A stretch of 64,000 nucleotides of DNA, from assembly GCF_001194135.2 (NCBI RefSeq), contig NC_068981.1, forward strand, positions 65,776,941 through 65,840,940, written 5' to 3'. Both the position numbers and the translations under genes were made by a program. Shown in pieces: positions 1 through 11,100 of the stretch (its first letter is position 1; each line of letters begins with the position of its first letter). This stretch comes from Octopus bimaculoides (taxonomy: Eukaryota). The notes beneath the pieces were generated by a model, which was not told the origin of the DNA, made no database searches, and worked only from the letters and a program-made list of their open reading frames with translations.

Positions 1-513
1 TGTCATCTTTACAGTCTCTTAACCCTGAAGAACTATCCTACTGGAATTTCATTCTTACTCAAGACTTTGTGGACTCCTATTCTCTCTCATTACAGACAAA
101 TAAAAGTATTCCTAAATATACACTTGCCAAATATTAATACCTGTGATGTAGCATTAGGTGACATCAATATTTCTATAAAATAAATGATATGTTGAAATTG
201 CTTTGAGATATATCAAAAAGAGTTTTTACTTATTAACAAGTGACCAGCAAGTTCTAGCATTTGGGATTTTCAATAAATTCTACATTTGCTAGAACAGAAA
301 AATGTAATGTTTAAATTTTGTAAGAAATCCCAAGTTAACTTGCTTGAGATGTAATTTATAAGTTAACTTTGGATTCCTTAATGACAATGTAACCTTCATA
401 TAACTAAGGTATCCTCAGCTTGATGAGTACCTGGTGGAGTACCCCTCAAGTAATTATTACTTCTGAAGATTTGCCAGCTAGGAAACATGTAGCCTGGATA
501 TACACACACACAC

Positions 514-549
<36 letters not shown>

Positions 550-558
550 CATACATAG

Positions 559-1106
559 ACTAGCAATGCATCCTGGTGTTGCTTAGGTGTTATGATTTAC
601 AGCCACACAGTATTATTTGTTCCTTTATGGGCACAACCAGCACAGCTGGAATCAGTGAACTGGATTACTGGCATAATGGAAGTTATTGGTTTGTTTAAAA
701 GTGAAGGGGGAGGGTACAATTTGCATGGGTTTACATGGTTTGTGATCCTTCTTAAGAACAGAAAGCACTTTCATGCATTGTTTTATTGTAAAAAGGGGGT
801 CAATATAATTTTCACCAGAAATTACCTTTACAAAATTTTAATTCCTCCTTGTCCCCACTGCAATATCTTAATTTGTAACGTATTTTCAAATTAAAAAATT
901 TTTTTTTTTTATTTATGTAGAAAAATATAGAGATAACAAATCTGGGAAATTAATTTTTAAAATTTAATTTTTCTTTAAGAAACACTCAATGCCCCTTCCC
1001 CCACCATACCCACTCATCACCTACCCACTTTCAAAAAGCTAAAACCTTCCAATGTTTCACTTCCGTCTGATGTTTCACGCATGTGTAGAATTGTACTGAA
1101 ATAGAT
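559..1106 (+). mobile_element. Older copy of a similar Helitron-like non-autonomous element
   Basis: 5' actagcaatgcatcctggtgttgcttagg resembles 29274 with CpG decay; 3' end atagat uncertain. Confidence 0.35.
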
Positions 1107-1411
1107 GTAAAAAATGCCAGACCACCACCAGAAAACCGGACATGCTAGAAACAACAGGTAAACAACATTATTTCTGAAGAAATTTCTCCACGTTCCAAAA
1201 AATTAAAAGTGAAACATTGGGAGCTTGTAGCTTTTTGAAATAACTATAGCTGGTTGTTGAGAGAATGCAGAAAATATGTAAATGAAAAAGTTTATTTGGT
1301 AGCCAAAAGATTACTGAATCTTTCGATAGCCCATATGTCAAAATCAGCAACTACATTTTCAAATGTATAAGTAACATATCCGCATACACAAGCTTATATA
1401 TATATATATAT

Positions 1412-1640
1412 AGGGTTGGCCAAAAGACACCTGACAGTAAATCAAAATTCCATAAATACTTGATATTCAATTTTATTTATCCATTCCAATTATGAATGTT
1501 TACAAGGACTTCAGTTTGAACAATTTTCCTGATGTTTTGTTTCATATTTAGATACTTTTATTAAATTCAATCAGTTAGTAAATAAAAACCATTTAATTGC
1601 ATGATTTATGTTTAACGTCAGGTGACTCTTGCCCAACCCA
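1412..1640. mobile_element. Tc1/mariner-type MITE
   Basis: Imperfect ~26-bp TIRs agggttggccaaaagacacctgac / gtcaggtgactcttgcccaaccca; sits at the end of a (TA)n run. Confidence 0.75.
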
Positions 1641-1993
1641 GTGTGTGTGTGCATGTATATATATGCTTAAGTTTTTTTTAAGCTAAAACAATGCAAGTTA
1701 TAAGAAATAATTCAAGTCAATAATTTGAACTTGCATCTTGTAGTTTAACTATCAACTTGTATTATTTCTAACTTGCAATGTTTTGGCTTAAAAAATATAA
1801 ATAAGATAAATATAAAACATTAAGAAATATCAAAGCTTCATGCACCACACACACACACAAAACATTTATGCATGCATGTCAATTCAAGATTAGTATTATT
1901 TAAGAAAAAAAAATGGAAATGAGACATTTAAAATCCAATTTTCATACACATAACTGAAAAAAAAAAACAAAAAATGCATTTTCCCAGTTTTCA

Positions 1994-1999
1994 TTTATT
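1994..1999 (-). promoter_or_regulatory. Candidate polyadenylation signal (AATAAA) of the prosaposin-like gene
   Basis: tttatt on + strand about 67 nt 3' of the stop codon; the hexamer is common in AT-rich DNA, so support is weak. Confidence 0.35.
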
Positions 2000-2065
2000 A
2001 GCTGAGATGACTGTAGAAGAGCCACGTTTACTAACCTTGAAAAATCTTGTAGCTGTGGTTAGCTT

Positions 2066-2128
2066 TTAGACAATAATCATTTTGGGTTTGTAATACAAGG
2101 TATGGGAATCAGAGCAAAGCTGCAATTG
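2066..2128 (-). CDS. PSAP: Prosaposin-like terminal coding exon (SapB7 sixth Cys + tail, stop)
   Basis: [20 protein letters not shown]; long pyrimidine tract ttttacttctttttacccttgcatcttctgaag; supplies the missing sixth Cys at C-x5-C spacing. Confidence 0.8.
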   Translation of the reverse strand, partial: QLQLCSDSHTLYYKPKMIIV

Positions 2129-5100
2129 CTTCAGAAGATGCAAGGGTAAAAAGAAGTAAAACATGCTTATTAAAATGTGAAAACATTAACTAGCATCAAT
2201 GGGATTATAAGCAGAAAAGAGGAGAAACCAGGGAAAGAATAAAATTTAATCAAGATGTATTCAATAAAGGGAAATTTTAATTATAATAAAAAAAGACCTA
2301 ATTATTGGATAATATAACAAAATTTCAATGTAAATTTCAAATCAGTCAAAACTATAACAACTTGATCATTGATCTTAATTATAAAGAAAGGATCTGTTAC
2401 TTAACCCCAGATCAGACCTAAACCAGCATATGTCTGATCATGATCAAAAGCATTCCTACTGTAATCATGCTGTCTTGCTGTCTTTATTCAGTCACATCTA
2501 GGACTAAATTATCTTATTCTTTCTGCTTTCATAAGACATTAAGGTGTGATTTTAGAGAGATTTGATTTTAATACTATGATGTCAAACAATTGCATAGAGA
2601 CTCATTGACTCATGAACTAATGATCTATCTATTTGGTATACATAAAGCCTATTTTGTTGTAAGCCAGTTCACTTAACCTTAGTTCTTTTGTCATCACATT
2701 TTTCTCCTTTCGCTGGTCCTACAACATTAGTATTTGTTTTAATTAAAAACAAAAAGGATGAAAAGCCAAATAAAGCATCTCATAAGATTTAACTCAATGT
2801 GTAAAGCAATAAACTAGGTATTACAAAACAATCAAGATACCTTCCAAATGTGTTTGCGTGCATATATATGTATATTACATATAATCATCATCATCATCAT
2901 CATCATCGTTTAACGTCCGCTTTCCATGCTAGCATGGGTTGGACGATTTGACTGAGGACTGGTGAAACCGGATGGCAACACCAGGCTCCAGTCTGATTTG
3001 GCAGAGTTTCTACAGCTGGATGCCCTTCCTAACGCCATGCCCTCGTTTAACATCCTCCTTCCACATACATATAAATAAAATCATTTTAATGTCTACTTTT
3101 CCAAACTTTCATTGATCAAATGAGAAGGAAATAGTTCCCCTGAGCATTTCAAACAAGCAGCTGAGACATCCCTTTCACAGAAGATAGCAAACAAATGAAA
3201 CTTACACAGCTGACTTTCTTCATTGTATGAAAGGCTGCTAAATGCAGAGAATGCATGGGATGGGGAGAATGTCCAATGTGGACCCAACAGAGGGGCGGGA
3301 TATTCGAATCAATAGTAGCTTAAATAAAGCAATTGAGGATATGAAGACAGGGAAAACGTCTGGCCTATCAGGAATCAATGCTATGATGCTTAAAATCTCT
3401 GGTGGAATGGGATAAAACTTGGTCAATCATATAGTTAATCAGGTTGTCCACAAGGGAGTTATACCCAATGACTGGTGTAGTAGCATTATAGTCAACTGCT
3501 ATAAAGGCAAAGGTGATACCCTAGACAGAAATAATTACAGGGGTATTAAATTGTTGGACCAGGTGATGCAAGGTGCAGAAAGGGTCATAGCTCAATTAAT
3601 TAGGAAGAAAGTTAATTACTGAAATTTTAGAGTAATTAGCAGGAATGAAAACTGTAGTAATTAGTAAAAGCTGTAAATGTCACAATTGCAATATATGAAG
3701 CAGAACAGAGGGAATGCATAAATAGATTTCATGAAGTTTCAAGATTAGAGAAAACTGATACCATGCTGAGAACTATTTTACATCCTATTCTACAGGCAGG
3801 AGATTTCTCAAAACAATTCACATTATCTACAGATCAAAGACGACTTAGCTCTACCGTTCAGTAAAATGTTCACAAGAATGAAAGAATTCAAAATATCATA
3901 TAGCCTTAACTTCATTATTCAAAAAAATTAAAATATAGAACTATATACACACATACACACACACACATACACACACATACATACATACATACACACACAC
4001 ATATATATACATACATACATACATATGTATATCAGGTCATCTTATAAGTTCTGTCAGACTTTACCTTTTTTAAAATTGAATGAAATTTAATAGTATTTTA
4101 GAATGTTTAATGGAATTAAAAATTATTTTTATGCATTTGTGTACATTTAAACTAATTAAATATTATTTTACAGAATAATAGAATTAAAATTTCTTTGATA
4201 AAAACCCTTTTTACCATGGAAATATCCAAAGAGAATTTGAAGCACATAATGCTTTATGAGTACAAAAAAGGGAACTCTGCAGCCGAAGCGACTCGAAACA
4301 TACACTCAGTTGAGTTTGATGATAAGCTCCTTCAGACATTACTTGAAGAAAATCCTGCATTATCAGTTGAAGAATTGGCAATAAAGCTTAGTTCAAACTA
4401 TACAACTGTTCATCATTTTCAAAAACTTGGAAAGGTTCCTAAACTTGGAAAATGGGTGCCTCATGAATTGTCCGAAAACAACCACAAATCCCGAGTTGAC
4501 ATCTGCTCCTCTCTCCAATCATAGCTTGATTGTAGGTTGCATGTGTATGAAATGCAATGTTGCATGGCAGCAAAACTTGGGTACTAAACATGGAGAAGGT
4601 GTGAAAGACAGAGATGAGATGCTCTACTAGATGTGTAATGTTAGTCTTCATGAACTATGGAAGACAATGAGCTGAGAGAATAACTAGGTAAAAGAGAAAT
4701 CAAACGTATGTGCAAGAGTGGAGATTACACTAGTATGGACATATGATGTGGATAGTAGGGTAAAGAATTGCCAAGTGATCAAAGGTGGAACATGTGAAAG
4801 TGGAAGACATAACTAAAAGTAGTAAAAACTGATCTAAAGATATTGAATCTAACAAGAGATGACAAATAGAGAGATGATGTGCAAGAAAACACTCATTCAA
4901 TCCATGCATGCATGGAAAAACAAGAAAAAGGGATGATAATGGCTGTAAAAGATAAATGTCAAACAAGAAGTGTAAAGTTTTGTACTTACTTCACAAATTT
5001 TCTCTGCAGTAAAATGTTCCTCTAAAAGCTTTATCAAGTCATCTTCATAATTCATGAGAGCATTACACTACAAAACAAATGATTTGTAATTTAATGAAAT

Positions 5101-8100
5101 TAGCTTCATTTTGATCATTTTTTTTACAGGATTCAATGGCATATGTGAAACCAATATGAACAGGCTTGGAAAGGATTTGCTAGGAAATAAACATTCTGTT
5201 CCAGGAAATGCATAAACTTTCACAACTCCATGAAAAACTTTCTTGCAAAAGAAATATTAAACAAACAAAAGCAAAAAGAAAAAAAAAATGGATCAGTTTA
5301 CTTCCATGTAGCATAAATCTGAATACATATTTTGTCATATTTCTATGTTTGGCTGAAGATCTAACATGGACTTCTCTAAGCATCTTGACTAGAAAGAGGG
5401 CCCGCCTATATTATGGATAAGAGAACTATCTTATAGAGAAATAGTATGTTTCAAAAGAAACAAAAGAAAACTTTATAATGTAAAATTAAACTGGTGTGTT
5501 TGNNNNNNNNNNNNNNNNNNNNNNNNNNNNNNNNNNNNNNNNNNNNNNNNNNNNNNNNNNNNNNNNNNNNNNNNNNNNNNNNNNNNNNNNNNNNNNNNNN
5601 NNNNNNNNNNNNNNNNNNNNNNNNNNNNNNNNNNNNNNNNNNNNNNNNNNNNNNNNNNNNNNNNNNNNNNNNNNNNNNNNNNNNNNNNNNNNNNNNNNNN
5701 NNNNNNNNNNNNNNNNNNNNNNNNNNNTAGCATCATAATTTTGAAATATCTATAAAACCGTCAAAAGCTTGTTTATTTTTATGTTTTTTGATTTATTATT
5801 AGTGTTGCTCAATATGTTTGGCTAAAATTGCTGTTTCTTTTCAGATATCATCAGAAAAAGTTAATTAAAATGACAGATCAATTGAACTTTTAAAGAGGTC
5901 AAATTGTTGGTGCAAGCATAATTAAAATAGCCGAAATGCTTAGTGTATCAAGAAGTACTGTCTCAAAAGTAATGACAGCCTTTGAAAAAGAGGGAAAAAC
6001 CTCCTTGTTGAAACAAAACTCAGGAAGAAAACCATTGGATTCTTATGCAAATTGTTAGAAAGGACCACAAAAGTACAGCTCCCAAAATTATTGCAGAGCT
6101 GAATGACCACCTCGAGAACCCAGTTTCCACAAAAACTGTTCGCTGGGAGCTGCACAAAGCTGGATTTTATAGGAGGGCTGCAATCAGAAAACCACTACTT
6201 TCAAAAACAAACATTGCAATGCATTAGAGTGTAGTAAAAACCTACAGAATTGTTCCCTAGAGCAGTGGAAGAAGGTTATTTTCACAGACAAGTCATCCTT
6301 TACCTTATTTCTGACCACCAGCTGAGTATATGTGTGGAGGCAGCCATAAGAAGCATTTGACCCAGACTGCCTTCTTCCAACTGTTAAACATGGAGGAGGA
6401 TCTGTGATGATTTGGGGGAGGGGGGGCTATATTTTGGAAATCCACCAGCCGAATGGTTACTCTTCATGGCAGAATTAATAGTCAAGACTATTTAAGCATT
6501 TTATGTGATCAAATTCATCCTATGGTTGCAGAACTCTTTCCGGAGGGAAACACAATCTTTCAGGATGATAATGCAGCAATTCACACAACTAAAGCTGTTA
6601 CTGAATAGCACAAGGAACATTCTAGTGAAGTTGAACATCTTATCTGGCCACCACAATCCCCAGATCTCAATATTATTGACCATTTATGGGGCATTTTAGA
6701 AAAACAAGTAAGGAGTCGATATCCTCCACTATCATCACTACAAGAACTGGAGACTGTTGTAGCTGAATAATGGACAAAAATTCCTTTGGAAACAATTCAA
6801 AGTTTGTACGAGTCCATACCTTGCAGAATTCAACCTGTAATTACTGCCAAAGGTGGTCCTACCCATATTAAAATAAATTTGTTTGAAATTTTAAAGTGTT
6901 TCCATTATTTTGTCCAACTCCTTACTTCAATACTTCTGTAATATTAAAGTACTATGCCACTCATTTTTTATCATAAAATCTTTTTGGTCGTTCTGTGTTA
7001 GAGAGGTAGATGAGTGAACAAAATTTGAAGATACTCATTAATAATGAAAATGTTAACCTCACAATTGTTTAACCCTTTTGATACCAACCCATCTGAGACT
7101 ACACCAGGTTCTAGGACACAAATACTTGTTTTAGTGTGATCAAAACATGTTATTTTTATGTTTCAAGCACCAGCTTAATAAAGTTATTTCACAGAATTTT
7201 TCATTATTATAAAAATATCTGAAACAAGAGCCATTTATTTTAACAGAAATATATTAGTAAAAATATTTAAGGGAATTTCCATTTTCAGTGATTTTAGGAT
7301 TAAATCTAAATGGACATTGTGTCACAAATTTTAAACTAATTATTTGAGAAATGAATTGGAATAATAACTTTGTATTCCCACTAAACAGTTTCAACGCAAA
7401 AATAAATTTAGAAAATCCAGCCTTACCTCTTTTTCGAATTCAGAACTTATTTCATCACACATTTTGTCAACTATTTCCCTTATCTCTTCTTCTGTAGTCT
7501 TTGAAGCAATTTTCTCTTCTATTTTATTAACCAGGAATTTACAAGCATAACACATAGGGGAAGCTATTCATAATTGTTAGGAAAAAGAATGAAAACGAAA
7601 ATGAAACAGTGATTGAAAATTTTATAGGAATACTGTGAACCCTTGTTAAGCTAAAATATTGGCTGAACAGAATGAAACCCAGGTTAAGAAAATGACTTAA
7701 GATTGCCTTCTGTTACTATTTTTGAATCGAACTAAATTTGACAACTGGCACCCATGCCAACGTCGTCTCCTTCATTGGACACGAAACTCAGCTTGTGTAA
7801 GGATTTTCGAGCGAGATCATTGCCAGTGCCCCTGGACTGATCCTTGTGCAGGTGGCACATAAAATACACCATTTTGAGCGTGGCCGTTGCCAGTACCGCC
7901 TGACTGGCCTTCGTGCCGGTGGCATGTAAAAGCACCCACTACACTCTCTGAGTGGTTGGCGTTTTGGAAGGGCATCCAGCTGTAGAAACTGCCAAATCAG
8001 ATTGGAGCCTGGTGTAGCCATCTGGTTTCACCAGTCCTCAGTCAAATCGTCCAACCCATGCTAGCATGGAAAGCGGATGTTAAATGATGATGATGATGAA

Positions 8101-11100
8101 TATTAATGTGTGCACTGCACAGCCACCAAGATGATAAATGTATTAAATATTAAACTCACCCAATTATGTAATCATGGATAATAAGGGAAGAAACTAATTT
8201 TTCTGATACCAATTAGGAAATAACATGGCAAAAGGCATTCCAACTGTACACATCTTGTTTGTAATTCATTTTTATAACCCATTTCAATAAACATACCCTT
8301 CCTTTCTAGCACCCCCTCAAAGTAACTTGTTTCTTAATTCACCTATTTGAATTCCTTCACCTTGCTTCGCTTCTTTGTATCTATATTCAGCCTATTGCTT
8401 ATATAAGCTTTATTCTTTCTTAGTCATTGTCACAACCTCATGTAATAAACAGTATGTTTTTCTGGTGAGGAGTTGTATGCATAAATTTGTAGAAAATTTA
8501 TTAACCGAAACTGATTTCCTTAATAAAAATTCTGTTTCAGTTATAATTTAAGACAAATTCAAATAGCCTAAAGTTTATATCTTTATCATTGAGTAATGTT
8601 TATCAGACTAGTAGTTTCAGTACGGTAGCACAGTTTGCACTGTCAATAACTATCACATAGGACACAACACAGTTGTGTTACTTGGCAATTTTCTTTGAAG
8701 AGATTTTCTCTCAGACAAAAACTTTACCAGCATGAACCATGTAGCTCCTCTACAACAAGAATCTGCTCTACTCAAACCACTTCCCTCGTATCATAACCAA
8801 CCCCTATCAAGCATATAGAGGTAACGTTCTTCCTCCTTGGGTTTGTTGAGTTGCAAGCTACATGGTAACCTCAATAGTGCCAGTGGCATGAGAAAAGTAC
8901 TCAGTACACACAGTAAAGTGGTTGGCATTAGGAAGGGCATCCAACTGTAGGAACCATGCCAATCCACGTCAGTATGGAACAGATGACAGATGGTTATTTT
9001 AATTCAATACTGTTTGAATTGCCTTCAATTTTTTTTCACAACCCAGCAAGCATTCAGTAATATCAGTGAATATATTATTCAGTTTCTTATAATATCAAGA
9101 CAAAAGCTTTGTTCAAACATCTTACACATTATTGACAAGCCTCCAAAAGGATCAAATACACCTAATGTTTCCATGAGTTGTTATTGCAATACAGACAATT
9201 GGAGTCTGGGCAGCTCTCCAGCTCCTGTCAAATCGTCCAGCCCATGCCAACATGGAAAGCAGACATTAAACAATGGTTATGGTAATGTCTATAAAGAGGT
9301 TTTCTTTGAGACAAAAACCACAGCAACATGCTTTTCTATACATTTTGTATAATACACAAATGGCTATTTTAAGGTAATGCTGTTTAAATTGTGTTCACAA
9401 AGTTATACTAAGTCACGTTATCATGCCTTCTATTCTCATTTCCACCACACCCAGTTCAGTCATTTACTACAGGTATGGCAATATTTAATGCTTACATAGT
9501 TTACTTATATTTACAATTACATATATGTATATATGCTTTCATGTCTAAGCACGTATGTATTCCATATAAAAATATGCATATATGAGAGAAAGTGTGTTAA
9601 AAGGTGCACCTACTTTCAAAATCACCAGTAGTTGATTGGCGTCTTATGAATGCCCTATCTACACCTACCCTAGTCCCATTGTTTGCTGATGCTTGCCTCT
9701 GAAGGCTTTGTGGGATTGGAGGGAGACCAAACACAGTAGAATACACGTGTATACTTATACCTGCTTTCACTAACCCACTTCCCCTAGCAAATGCCTGAAA
9801 ATGTACTCTTCTTCACAGATATCAAACATTTTCTGCATGTGCTCTCACTCTTCTGAAGTTCACAAACATAGCACAGCCATGATCAATGTCAGGACTATGA
9901 AAGGTCTGGTGAAACTTGATATGCTTGAGCAGAAAAATGTAGATGTTTGCTGCATGCAAGAAGCATGATGATAGGGGGCCTCAGCCCAGCTGCTTGTGGG
10001 CAAGGTGCATAGATATAATTTCTTCTGGAAAGGCATGGGCTAGATGTGTGGGTATACTTTTGGCAGAGAAGTATACTTTTGGATAGATAATGTGATTGAA
10101 ATAGTCAGTGCATGTGATATGATTATCACGTTAAGAATAGTCCTGTATAATGTAAGTGTGACATTCATCTATGTATATACTCCACATGCTGGACTAGCAG
10201 ATGAACAGAAGGACTGTTTCTCTGAGTCCCTTTGGCAGATTACTTTGACAACAAAAGATAATGACCTTATCATAGCTGATGATTTCAACAGTGATGTTGG
10301 ATAACACCCTAATGGATTTTATGATGCACATGTAGGTTTGAGCTTTGGATTTCGAAATGAGGAGGAAACAAGGTTCCTGAAGTTCTGTGGGGCAAATGAC
10401 TTGCTAGTCTGCAACATTAACTTCAGGAAACCAGCCAGATTGACTACATTCTTATCAGAAACAGGAATAGACAGACGTTTGTAAGTGGCCAGTAACTTCA
10501 GACTTTTAACTAGATGGACAAAGAGATGCAAACCAGTTTGGAAATGGAAATTATGGAGCCTCGTGAAGCTTTAGGTGTTTTCGCTCAATAAACACTTACA
10601 ATGCCCGGTCTGGGAATAGAAACCGCGATCCTATGACCGCGAGTCCGCTGCCCTAACCACTGGGACATTGCACCTCCACAATGATGGACAACACAGGGGA
10701 GACAAAGCACACCTTTAATGTTTCAACTGGCACAAAGCCACCCCACTTACTATTCCCCCATTCCCAGTTGCACCTATGCTAATGTTATGTAAAAAGCACC
10801 TAGTACACACTAAAGTGGTTGGTATTAAAAAGGGCATCCAACCATAGAAACCATACCAAAACAGATAATGTAGCCTGGTGCAGCTGTTGGCCTTACTAGC
10901 TTCTGTCAAACCATAAATAGTTTTATGAAATACTGGTTTTATATAGTTCATACAATAAACAGTATTTTCTGTGAATCTCTTACTGCTTATCACATTTATC
11001 ATGTAGTGCATATACTTTCAATGGTGTGTAAGTATACAGTACTAATTCCTACCATTGGTAACCTTGATAACTTGGGTGATTGGCTAAAACAGAAACTTTC

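Noticed and set aside
2679-3238. Exon-like pieces at ~2679-2719 and ~3206-3238 as prosaposin 3' exons
   Set aside because: They do not continue the phase-0 frame from 4990 with the required sixth Cys; 2066-2128 does
5130-5300. Plus-strand acceptor-like ttttttacag followed by short frames
   Set aside because: All frames stop within ~30 codons; no recognisable product
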